Shown here: positions 1 through 12,970 of the stretch, piece after piece | Layout of the letters: the number at the start of each line of letters is the position of its first letter | Position numbering within the stretch: position 1 is the first letter of the stretch | From: Chrysomallon squamiferum | Lineage: Eukaryota; Animalia; Mollusca | Direction: 5' to 3' | DNA: 64,000 nt | Assembly: GCA_012295275.1 (NCBI GenBank) | Contig: CM022668.1 | Span: 10,912,001 to 10,976,000, forward strand | Program-made: the position numbers and the translations under genes | Notes under the pieces: model-generated | Databases searched by the model: none | The model's input: the letters and a program-made list of their open reading frames with translations, nothing else | Told to the model about the DNA's origin: nothing

Positions 1-241
1 TACTTACTTACTTATTTAATTATTTATTTCTTTTTCTCCTTCAGATGGCAAACAAAATATAAGAAGGAAAGCATGATGAATAATTTATTAAAAATAAGAA
101 ATATTATACATTAGAACAATTGCTATTACGTTATGATCCTTGTGGTTGCATGCGTCTATGGCCGAAAGTTTAATTTCTTGACCTCTTTTAGTTTTTGAAG
201 TAATGATCAGCTTCATTCTTCTGTTAGTTCCATTTGATTAA

Positions 242-308
<67 letters not shown>

Positions 309-349
309 TGCACATGCAAACACTCAAACATGCGCGCACACTCACACAG

Positions 350-1150
350 GTACACACCTTCGTTTGAATTAGCCTCTTATGGAAGTAATGATCAACTTAT
401 GTGTAATTTGGCATATTTAACTTCTCGTAGAAGTAATTTTAAAAGTTTTAGATAAATCACGTATATTTTATATTGTAAATGACTTCCATTTGTATTAACT
501 TCTCGTAAAATTTATGTCATTAATATTTGTAAGTCACATATATTTGTTTCAAGTTCTTATAATAGTTATGATGAAAGTTTATGTAATTCATGTACGTTTG
601 TGTTAACTTCTCATAGAACTGACGTTAAACTTATTTGCAAGTCACATACGTTTGTACTGATTTCTCATAGAAAACGTGTTATATGTTTGTGTTTGTGACA
701 TACATGGTGTAAACATACATATAGGTCGCGTACGTTTGGTTTAACCTCTCATACAAGTAAAGTTACAAGTGTCCGTTAGTCACGTACGTCTCAATTAATC
801 TCTCATGAAAATAATGATAAAAGTATAAATAATTGTGGTATATTTGTTTTAATTTCTAACAGTGTCTGTCACGTACGTTTACATTAACGGCTCACTTAAG
901 TCACGAGAAAAGTATGTGTAAGTCACGTAGATTTGTCAAGGAATGACCTTATACGTGTTTGTCAAACACGTATGTTTGTATAAATATATGACAAAAGTAA
1001 TTTTTAACTTGTATACAAGTCGCATACGTTTGTGTTAACCTCTCATAGAAGACCCTTTATAATAAATTCAATGCATGTGTGTTGTGGTTAACTCTTCATA
1101 ATGTATATGATAAAAATATATGTATATGGTGTATATAATGATACAGTGGA
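350..1150. repeat. Degenerate ~55-bp tandem repeat downstream of the gene B stop codon
   Basis: Recurrent gtaagtcacatacgtttgtgttaacctctcataga-like motif near 528, 582, 637, 721, 776, 918 and 1016. Confidence 0.7.
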
Positions 1151-1198
1151 CGTATCAGTGAAGATGTTATGTGACTCGTATATGTCCATAGTAACTGT

Positions 1199-1559
1199 TC
1201 ATGCATGAGACAAGGAAAATGTCGGGTTATCATTTGAGTTATCATTCGGGTTAATATTCGAGTTTAATATAGCCTCTGTGTGTACATTCTGGGAAGTACT
1301 CGTTTTAATTATTTTATCTTTTGAGTCTTGTTCAGGTTTCTGTTCACTGATGAACATTCTGCTTAGCTGTCTCTTCATATTCTGACTCATTCGTCGAATA
1401 AACTTCATTTTATTTTTCCACAACCTTCTTCTCCTTATTTCATAAATAAATAAATAAATACGTAAGTAAGTAAATAGCTAAATAAACAATGAACCAACTA
1501 ACCAACCAAAAAAACCGCCAAAAAACAATGAATGAATGAATGAATGAATGAATAAATCA

Positions 1560-1658
<99 letters not shown>

Positions 1659-1848
1659 TAACAAGAGAAATCACCTCACAATGAAGACGATGTAGACTAC
1701 AGGAATGAGAACAATGAGAATGGCCAGCACTGAGATAATTGCTATACTTTCCTGATCCAAACCTGACGGACCAATAATCAGAGCTAAAATAGAATTATGA
1801 CTATCAGTGATTATGTATGATAGCTCTTACTAATAATAATAATAATAA

Positions 1849-1879
<31 letters not shown>

Positions 1880-2781
1880 AACACCAACAACAACAACAAC
1901 AACAACGATTGATAAGTACCACACAAACCCCAGTTACACGTCTGTGAGACGTTGGTGACGTTTCCACCAGGACAGACTACTTCCTGGTCAGTGATGTTTG
2001 AAGAATTGAGGCAGTGTCTGTACAGACGCACAACTCTTTTGCAAAACTCGTCACATGAACCAGAAACTTGCTTTTTCCATGCTGACCACTTTCCCTGAAC
2101 TAAAACAAATAGATAAATATTTAAATAAATAAATAAATAGCAGTTAAATCATACGTTAGGCATATACAGAAACTTTTTTTTTTTACTAAAAGTATCTTAT
2201 CTTTGTTTTTCTATTTATGAGTATGCATATTTTCGTGCATTACACATTTGTGTACATCCTGCTCCGTCCATCGATCAGGTGTCGATATAATTATCTTTGT
2301 ATAATTTCCGTGTCTGTCCATTTGTTTCTCTGTTAGTCTAATTACTCCAGCTGCTATCTACATACGTTTCTGCCGCTATATTATTCTCAGATGTGTCATA
2401 AAACAACTGTGCAAACATTCTAATAATAATGATAATAGTAATAATGATGATGAAAATCACGGTAACAATAATTATAATTAAATTGAGAATGATGATGATA
2501 ATGATAATACTTGGACAGTCCTTGAAACATGATTTTGGGACAGTTCTCCTGGGTCTGCCTGGACAGAGAATTCCACCAAACTTTGGAGACGGGTTAGTGC
2601 AATCTCGAGACTGCCACAACTGTATCCACCCATACCCACCACAGGATATACTGCAAACACCTTGTTTACTTGTCATCCAGGAAGTCCACCCACCATCAAC
2701 TTGCAAGTAAAAAAAAAAATGAAATATTTAGAACATTTTATTTGAAACATTAAATTTATACCGACTGTTCGTTAGTTTCTG

Positions 2782-2849
<68 letters not shown>

Positions 2850-4379
2850 TTTTGTTTAATTAATATATTTATTTATCTATTAGATATTTTCAAAAAATAA
2901 AATTCGATAGAGAATGTGTTCAAACACTAGATGATAAAAACGATGTGGGTGAACACGACATTATGTTACTTCTGATTATCGTAATGCAGATAAGAACGAG
3001 TATCACAATGATGATGATGATGATAATATTAATACCAGAACACGTATTTCTCTTGTTGCAAATATTGGTTTCAATTTTGGTATCGTTGCCATAGCACTGT
3101 TTGCCACCATGTTGTGGCTTTGGGTTGACACAGGCACGTTTGTATGTATGTTTCTTAGTTCCAACCATACATGTTGAGCTACACGATTCATTAAAATATA
3201 ATATCCAAGAATTCCATCCTCCATCGACTAGAAAAGACAAATGTAATTAAATAAATGACTACTACAATTGCTACGAATACCACCAAAACCATCACTAATA
3301 CTACCACTACAACTAAAATTGGTACTACTACTATTTCCATTGACTACTATTTTGTTTCACTGGTATAAATACTTCTACTAATACTACAAGAATAACCACT
3401 ACTGGTACTGCGTCTAGATCTGCGGCTATTAAAACTGTTATAGAACTAGTATTCATAATGGTGCTTGTTGTGAAATACGCTATGCTTAGTGTCATTTAAG
3501 TGAAATTAATCAAGGTATGATTTATTTAAATAATATTAGTTTTCTTCCTCTTTTAAAAAATTAGCTAGCTAATAATCTCATCTAAGGGGAAAAAAGTAAA
3601 GAAAGTATTGTAAATATAGGTCAGATATATGACTTAGAAAATATCACATACTATTAGCAGAGTGACAGAATACAGCACTGGCATGACTTAATATGAGGAT
3701 GTGAAGGGGAAGAGAAACGGGGCAGTATACTAGCAAGAGCAAGAACAGGAAATATGGAAAAGAAAGGAGAGGAGATATCAAAGAAAATAGGCAGGAGATA
3801 AGGGAATAAAGAGAGATATAAGAGATGAGGAGGAAAAAGGCACAGGATAACAATGAATAATTACAGGAGATAAATGGAAAAAAAGGTAAATCATAAGAAT
3901 AAGAATGAACAGACAGTACAGTAAAATCGACAGTACATCAGTAAGACAAAGTACATGGGAAATGCAGGATAAACGACAGATTTTTTCAATAAGAAACAGG
4001 AAATAGGGAAGAGAGATTACAGTAGACAAAAGTAGAAAAAAGAAAGAAGATAAGGTAGAGAAAGTGTGCTAAGTAAGGAAGAGATGCGAATTGTTAAGAC
4101 AACCAAAGAAAAATCAGTTTGGTCACATGTTCAGTAGAACTTACCTGGACATCTAATGCCGGTGTCGCATTCGCGGGTTTCAAATTTGACCATGTGACTA
4201 GAACACATCTTTCCACCGTATTGAGGTTTGGGATGATCACACTTTCTTGAACACATCATTTTCTTGGTGCCAGTTTCGCACGTGACATCACATACACCGT
4301 GTATTACAATTTGCCATGATCCCCAAGCTCCATCAACTGTAAAGTAAATGGCTCCTTTATTATAAATACTTCATATTCT

Positions 4380-4425
<46 letters not shown>

Positions 4426-5063
4426 CACAAACACTTTCATACAGACACAGAGTGATAGAGAGAGACACATATTTACTTACTGGAAAAGGAAAAAGTAGAA
4501 GAACATGAACAACTATAAGAATAACACCATTTGAAGTACGAAACCTCTTGTTTCTGATTTAAATCGGTTTCAGTTGCAGTGTGACCTAACCCGTTTTAAT
4601 GAGAATTAATTCCATGTAAGGAATGCATTCCGTAAAAACAATATCTCTGAACGAATCATATGACGACGATGACAACGAAGTAGAAAAGGAAAAATAATAA
4701 AATGAAGAAACGAGACAGAAGACAAGGAAAGGCAACCCTTAGAGTGATGAGTGAATGATGTACATTTGATGCACCAGGACAAGAAATGCCTGAAAAACAT
4801 GTTTTGAGTAGAGATGTCTTTCCGAGACTATTTCTCAAATAGTCTACCTGTACTCTTTGATAATGTATTACTATTACAATAGTATACCACCATGGCGGTA
4901 TTAAATTACAGTCTAAATAAAACCCTGCCATAGTTCATCTAATCGCCTGGATCACTTAGTTGGTGATAATGAGAACTTTAAGCAGTGGAACAGTAACACT
5001 AACGTAACTACATAAATTACCAACAGTTACTACACATACCACCAAAACCATCACTACTAGTAT

Positions 5064-5111
<48 letters not shown>

Positions 5112-6198
5112 AACAACGACTACAACTACTATTATAACAAAAATTGGTACTCCACTATTTCCATTACTATTTTTTACTGCTAGAAATACTACTACTGCTA
5201 ATACCACTAGAGTACTCACTACTGGTACTGCGTCTAGGTCTGCAACTATTAAGACTCTAATAGAAGTAGTAGTCATAATGGTGTTTGTCGTGCAACTATT
5301 AAGCTTACTGTCATTTAAGTGACATTAATCAAGGTATTATTTATTTCAATAATATTCATTTTCTTCCTCTTTTTAAAAATTTCCTAGCTAATAATGTCAT
5401 TTAAGGGAGAAAAAAGTTAAGAATATATTGTAAATTTAGGTCAGATGTATGACTTAGAAAATATCACATACTATTAGCAGAGTGACAGAATATAGCAGTG
5501 GTATAACTTAATATGAGGATGAGAAGGGGAAGAAAAATGGGGCAGTATACTAGCAAGAGCAAGAACAGGAAATATGGAAAAGAAAGGAGAGGAGATATCA
5601 AAGAAAATAGGCAGGAGATAAGGGAATAAAGAGAGATATAAGAGATGAGGAGGAAAAAGACAGAGGATAACGATGAATAATTACAGGAGAAAAATGGAAA
5701 AATAGGTAAATCATCAGAATAAGAATGAACAGACAGTACAGTACAATCGACAGTACATCAGTAAGACAAAGTACATGGGAAATGCAGGATAAAAGACATA
5801 TTTTGTCAAGAATAAAAAGGAAAGAGGGAAGAGAGATTACAGTAGACAAAAGTAGAAAAAAGAAAGAAGATAAGGTAGAGAAAGTGTGCGAAATAAGGAA
5901 GAGATGCGAATTGTTAAGACAACCAAAGAAAAATCAGTTTGGTCACATGTTCAGTAGAACTTACCTGGACATCTAATGCCGGTGTCGCATTCGCGGGTTT
6001 CAAATTTGACCATGTCACCCGAACACATCTTTCCACCGTATTGAGGTTTGGGGTGGTCACACTTTCTTGTATACCTAATTTTGTTGGTGCCAATTTCGCA
6101 CGTGACATCACATGCACCGTGTATTACAATTTGCCATGATCCCCAAGCTCCATCAACTGTAAAGTAAATGGCTCCTTTATTATAAATACTTCATATAC

Positions 6199-6237
<39 letters not shown>

Positions 6238-9200
6238 ACACACACACACACACACATGCACAAACACTTATATACAGACACAGAGTGATAGAGAGAGACA
6301 CATATTTACTTACTGGAAAAGGAAAAAGTAGAAGAACATGAACAACTATAAGAATAACACCATTTGAAGTACGAAACCTCTTGTTTCTGATTTAAATCGG
6401 TTTCAGTTGCAGTGTGACCTAACCCGTTTTAATGAGAATGATTTCCATTTAAGGAATGCATTCTGTATAAACAATATCTCTGAACGAATCATACGACGAC
6501 GATGACAACGAAAAAGAAAAGGAAAAAGAATAAAAAGAATAAAGGAGAAAGAATACAAGGAAAGGCAACCCTTAGAGTGATAAGTGAATGATGTACAATT
6601 GACATACCAGGACAAGAAATGCCTGAAAAACATGTTTTGAGTAGAGATATCTTTCCGAGACTATTTATCAAATAGTCTGCCTGTACACTTTTTTAATGTA
6701 TTACTACTACAATAGTATACCACCATGCCGGTGTTAAATTACAGTCTAAATAAAACCCTGCCATAGTTCATCTAATCGCCTAGATCACTTAGATGGTGAT
6801 AATGAGAACTTTAAGCAGTGGAACAGTAACGCTAACGTAATTACATAAATGACCTACTACAGTTACTACAGATACCATCAAAACGATCTCTACTGCTACT
6901 ACTACTACTAGTACTACTACTATTACTGCTACTACAACAACGACTGCAACTACTATTATAATTAAAATTGGTACTCCGCTATTTCCACTGATTATTATTT
7001 TTCACTGCTAGAAATACTACTACTATTAATACTACTAGAATAATCACTACTGGTACTGCGATAAGGTCTGCGACTATTAATATTGTTATAGAAGTAGTAT
7101 TCATTATGGTGTTTGTCGTGGAACTACTAAGCTTAGTGTCATTTAAATGAAATTAATCAAGGTATTATTTATTTCAATAATATTCATTTTCTTCCTCTTT
7201 TTAAAAATTTCCTAGCTAATAATGTCATTTAAGGGAGAAAAAAGTTAAAATATGTTTTGTAAATTTAGGTCAGATATATGACTTAGAAAATATCACATAC
7301 TATTAGCGGAGTGACAGAATACAGCAGTGGTATAACTTAATATGAGGATGAGAAGGGGAAGAGAAACGGGGCAGTATACTAGCAAGAGCAAGAACAGGAA
7401 ATATGGAAAAGAAAGGAGAGGAGATATCAATGAAAATAGGCAGGAGATAAGGGAATAAAAAGAGCATATAAGAGATGAGGAGGAAAAAGACACAGGATAA
7501 CGATGAATAATTACAGGAGAGAAATAGAAAAATAGGTAAATCATCAGAATAAGAATGAACAGACAGTACAGTAAAATCGACAGTACATCAGTAAGACAAA
7601 GTACATGGGAAATGCAGGATAAAAGACAGATTTTTTCAATAAGAAACAGGAAATAGGGAAGAGAGATTACAGTAGACAAAAGTAGAAAAAAGAAAGAAGA
7701 TAAGGTAGAGAAAGTGTGCGAAATAAGGAAGAGATGCGAATTGTTAAGACAACCAAAGAAAAATCAGTTTGGTCACATGTTCAGTAGGACTTACCTGGAC
7801 ATCTAATGCCGGTGTCGCATTCGCGGGTTTCAAATTTGACCATGTCACCCGAACACATCTTTCCACCGTATTGAGGTTTGGGGTGGTCACACTTTCTTGT
7901 ATATCTAATTTTCTTCCTGCCAATTTCGCACGTGACATCACATGCACCTTTTATTGTAATTTGCCACGATCCCCAAGCTCCATCCACTGTAAAGTAAATG
8001 GCTCCTTTATTATAAATGTTTCATATACTAATACAGTCACACACTCACACATGCACAAACATATACATAAACACAGAGAGTGATAGAGAGAGATACATAT
8101 TTACTTACTGTAAAAGGAAAAAGTAGAAGAACATGAACAACAATAAGAATAACACCATTTGAAGAACGAAACCTCTTGTTTCTGATGGAAATCGGTTACT
8201 GTTGCAGTGTGACCTAACCCGTTTTAATGAGAATTATTTCCATGTTAGGAATGCATTGGGAAAAAACAATAGCTATGAACGAATCATACGACGACGATGA
8301 CAACAAAGAAGAAAAGGATAAATAATAACAAGAAGAAACGAGAAAGAATACAAGGAAAGGCAACCCTTAGAGTGATAAGTAAATGATGTACATTTGACGC
8401 ATCCAGAACAAGAAATGCCTGAAAATCATGTTTTGAGTAGAGATGTCTTTCCGAGACTATTTATGAAACAGTCTGCCTGTGCACTTTGTTAATGTATTAC
8501 TACTACAATAGTATAGCACCATGCCGGTGTTAAATTACAGTCTAAATAAAACCCTGCCATAGTTCATCTAATCGCCTAGATCACTTAGATGGTGATAATG
8601 AGAACTTTAAGCAGAGGAACAGTAACACTAACGTAATCACATAAATGACCTACTACAGTTACTACAGATACCACCAAAACCATTACTACTACTACTTATA
8701 CTACTACTACTACTACTACTACTACTATTACTGCTACTAAAACTACAACTACACCTACTATTGTAACTAAAATTGGTACCTTTTTCCACTGACTAGTATT
8801 TTTTACTGCTAGAAATACTACTACTACTAATACTACTAGAAGAATCGCTACTGGTACTGCATCTAGGGCTGCGACTATTAATACTGTTATAGAAGCAGTA
8901 GTCATAATGGTCCTTATCGTGGAAAACGCTATGCTTAGTGTCATTTAAGTGAAATTAATCAAGTTATTATTTATTTAAATACTATTCATTTTCTTCCACT
9001 TTTTAAAAATTAGCTAGCTAATAATGTCATTTAAGGAAGAAAAAAGTAAAAAATGTATTGTAAATTTAGGTCAGATGTATGACTTAGAAAATATCACATA
9101 CTATTAGCAGACTGACAGAATACAGCACTGGCATGACTTAATATGAGGATGAGAAGGGGAAGAAAAATGGGGCAATATACTAGCAAGAGCAAGAACAGGA

Positions 9201-11420
9201 AATATGGAAAAGAAAGGAGAGGAGATATCAAAGAAAATAGGCAGGAGATAAGGGAATAAAGAGAGATATAAGAGATGAGGAGGAAAAAGACAGAGGATAA
9301 CGATGAATAATTACAGGAGAAAAATAGGTAAATCATAAGAATAAGAATGAACAGACAGTACAGTAAAATCGACAGTACATCAGTAAGACAAAGTACATGG
9401 GAAATGCAGGATAAAAGAGAGATCTTTTCAAGAATAAAAAGGAAAGAGGGAAGAAAGATTCCAGTAGAAAAAGTAGAAAAAAGAAAGAAGATAAGGTAGA
9501 GAAAGAGTCCGAAGTAAGGACGAGAATTGAATTGTTAAGACAACCAAGGAAAAATCAGTTTGGTCACATGTTCAGTAGGACTTACCTGGACATCTAATGC
9601 CGGTGTCGCATTCGCGGGTTTCAAATCTGACCATGTCACCCGAACACATCTTTCCACCGTATTGAGGTTTGGGGTGGTCACACTTCCGTGTATATCTAAT
9701 TTTCTTCCTGCCAGTTTCGCACGTGACATCACATGCACCGTGTATTACAATTTGCCATGATCCCCAAGCTCCATCAACTGTAAAGTAAATGGCTCCTTTA
9801 TTATAAATACTTCATATACTAATACACACACACACACAGAGAGACATGTACAAACACTTTCATAAAGACACAGATTGATAGAGAGAGATACATATTTACT
9901 TACTGTAAAAGGAAAAAGTAGAAGAACATGAACAACAATAAGAATAACACCATTTGAAGTACGAAAACTCTTGTGTCTGATGGAAATCGGTTTGAATTGC
10001 AGTGTGACCTAACCCGTTTTAATGAGAATGATTTCCATGTAAGGAATGCATAGGGAAAAAGCAATAGCTATGCCTTCATAGCATGACTTAATATGAGGAT
10101 GAGAAGGGGAAGAGAAACGGGGCAGTATACTAGCAAGAGCAAGAACAGGAAATATGGAAAAGAAAGGACGAAAAAAGACAGGAGATAAAGGAATAAAAAG
10201 ATAAGAGATGAGGATGAAAAGAAACCTCAGAAGATAACATTTAAAATTAAATGAGACAAATTGGAAAATGGGAAAATGATAAGAATAATAATAAATATAC
10301 CGGTTTTAATGAGAGTGATTTCCATGTAAAGAATGCATGTGGAAAAAACAATAACTGTGAACGAATCATACGACGATGATGAGAAAGAAGAAGAAAAGGA
10401 ATAACAGCAAATAAAAATAAAAATAGAAAGAAAGAAAGAAAAAGAATTGGCAAGGCACCGCTTAGAGTGATAAGTGAATGATATACGTTTGACGCACCAG
10501 AACAAGACATGTCTGAAATGCATGTTTTGAGTAGAGATTTCTTTCTGGGACCTTTACAAGTCATTCCTTTAAACTGCGGTTTCGGCCGATCACAGAATCG
10601 TATGTATTGGTATTGTCTCGTGCCTTTTCCACACGTAGCATCGCACTTTCCTATAGTGTTCTCCCTCCATCTTCCCCATCCGCCATTAACTGTAGAACAA
10701 AGTAATTCAGAGCTGTCATGGTAAATTAGAGCGTGAATTTCTGAATTTCAGTGACATCTTAGTTCATTGGGCACAAAGGCAGCATTAGTAATAAGGGATA
10801 GTATCGTATAGTAACAGATGATGATGATGATGATGAAGACTCTAATAATGACGACGATAATATCTGTTACGAAGATAGGTAATTTCGCTATTTCAGTATT
10901 ACAGTAGCATAATGCCATGATGGTATTAAATTACTGTCTAAATTTGAAATTGTTAACCTCTGTCATAGTTCGTCTAATCGCCTATATCACTTAGACGCTC
11001 ATAACGAGTACATTAAGCAGTTGAACCATAATACTAATGATGGTAATGGTTGATATAGATAGTTTAAAAAAAACAAAAAAAAAATAATAATAATAATAAA
11101 AAAAAATAAAATGATGATGATGAAAATTAATTTTAGCAACTCATAATCACAGCAACATCAATGTAAATTACTTTTGGTTTTAATCCAATCATAAAATTAT
11201 CAAAATAAAGTCAATTGGTATCACTTTCCAAACAAGTTCATCATTCTGACGTATCTACCGAGATGAAAATTCCTTGCAGTTTAGCACAGTATAAACTCCG
11301 CCAGGAAGTGGTCGGTAGACGACGGCGCATGTTCTTTCAAAACCTTTATTTAATAGTTTCTTTATCACAATAGCAAAATTGGTAAGTCTTGAGCCTATAC
11401 ATATAAATAAAAAACAATAA

Positions 11421-11455
<35 letters not shown>

Positions 11456-12365
11456 CAATAATAATAATAGCAACAACAAAAAATGAAAATGTTTTTAAAA
11501 TTGTAGGTACTGGATAAAATTATCAAAATAATATGTTAATTGCTATCACTGCTAAACAAGTGCATCATGACTAGACGAACGATACAGGTGAAAATGTGAG
11601 CGTGTTTGGCCAATGCATCATCTCATAGAGTCCTTCATTACTTACCACAACTGTCTCCACGGTTCAGAATCCCCACTGCTGTCACAGAGATAGATTCCTG
11701 TAAATCGATCACGCATTACTTACCACAGCAGTCTCCGCGGTTCAGAATCCCCACTGCTGTCACATAGATAGATTGCTGTAAATCGACACGCATTACTTAC
11801 CACAGCAGTCTCCACGGTTCAGAATCCCCACTGCTGTCACATAGATAGATTGCTGTAAATCGACACGCCACCACGGCCATGAGTCTGTAGACAAAGTATG
11901 CGTGCACTGATAGGCAGAATTATAATTGGTTGAATTAACGCCATCCACTGCCCAGTACGCGTGGCCATTCATGAAAGTGGACGATTGTGTAGCGGGTTTA
12001 CCCAAAGCCCAGTTCTTACAAACTGAAACCAAGGAATATAAATATAACAAAATTCCTGTCCTATGTTTTAATATATTTAATATGGTACTGGTGTTACGGT
12101 TATTTTTAGTGTATGATCGATCACCTTTCACCCCTCTCTCGCTCTCTCTCTGTCTTTTTCTTATGCCTGCAAACATACAAATAAACACACTGACATATGG
12201 TGTGTACTATCACATGTGGTTTGTTCGAATCTCGTTCAAGATGTAAACACATTTTTACCATTCTAAATGCAGTGTTACGTTCATTCATCATACATCAGTG
12301 TCTATATACTTATATTGATATATAATATATATACTTACCGCATCGCGTTACAATGCTAAACGTTA
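1199..12365 (-). CDS. Gene B: paralogous F-type lectin (damaged) + 8 TSP1 + TM + cytoplasmic tail membrane protein; 5' end unresolved, possibly partly pseudogenised
   Basis: Exons 12365-12339 (27-nt micro-exon TFSIVTRC, tentative), 12022-11801 (FTP first half, CTHT...NRGDCC), [11394-11172 disrupted FTP second half], TSP1 exons 10689-10498, 9777-9586, 7986-7795, 6156-5965, 4336-4145, 3227-3036, 2699-2511, 2099-1920 (all phase 1-1, open), TM exon 1783-1675 (IAIISVLAILIVLIPVVYIVFIV then RRRR), tail 1433-1199. No convincing start codon found. Confidence 0.8.
3250..10070. repeat. ~1.8-kb tandem segmental repeat, about 3.8 units, each with one TSP1 exon plus intron
   Basis: Near-identical exon and intron sequence recurs; exon 3' ends are at 4145, 5965, 7795 and 9586 (periods 1820, 1830, 1791). 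Outer boundaries are approximate. Confidence 0.95.
11172..11394 (-). pseudogene. Disrupted second exon of the gene B F-type lectin domain
   Basis: Good acceptor (gtatag). Reads GSRLTNFAIVI...CAVVYRPLPGGVYTVLNCKEF, then TAG at 11257-11255. The expected GRYVR and QLTL motifs lie in a shifted frame with further stops. Length to the gtaat donor is 223 nt (3n+1), against 219 nt for the intact gene A exon. Confidence 0.75.
11636..11867. repeat. 3 x 77-78 bp tandem duplication of the F-lectin exon 3' end and its splice donor
   Basis: cattacttaccacagcagtctccacggttcagaatccccactgctgtcaca...aaatcgacacg starts at 11636, 11714 and 11791. Confidence 0.93.
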
Positions 12366-12562
12366 CTGTAAAGTAAATTAAAAATGACATGATAGTAAAA
12401 CAGGACCTGGAAAAAAGAAAAGCATTAATAAATGTATGTACAACACAAAATACAATAATATGTGTGCATGCGTGTATGAATGAATATAATTATGTAAGTA
12501 TGGGTGTATCTGTCTATCTACCTGTTTATCTATATATATACATATTTACACACCCAGGTGCG

Positions 12563-12604
<42 letters not shown>

Positions 12605-12925
12605 ATATACATAAACACGAGAAAACTTACACCCTCTATATACATTTTTAATTAGAATATATATATATATATTTTTTTAAATTTGATATCAGATTAAAAA
12701 TATTATTACAATACAAGAATATTAGTTTAATAGTAATATTGATAACAAACAAATAAATAGGTATGTTTTGCTATTATTATTATCCTTGTATTCTTTAATC
12801 ACGCATTAATGTAGTTTAAATAAGACAATAAATGTATTAAAAGTAATGATGATAATGATGACAATAAAAAAAAATAAAAACAATGCAAAGCTTTCATTAA
12901 AGACAAACACAAGTTCTATAAAATA

Positions 12926-12970
<45 letters not shown>

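Noticed and set aside
3644-9336. Repeated hydrophobic ORFs (MSTVISLP..., MFFRHFLSW...)
   Set aside because: Pyrimidine-rich intron sequence copied with the 1.8-kb unit; stops and indels differ between copies.
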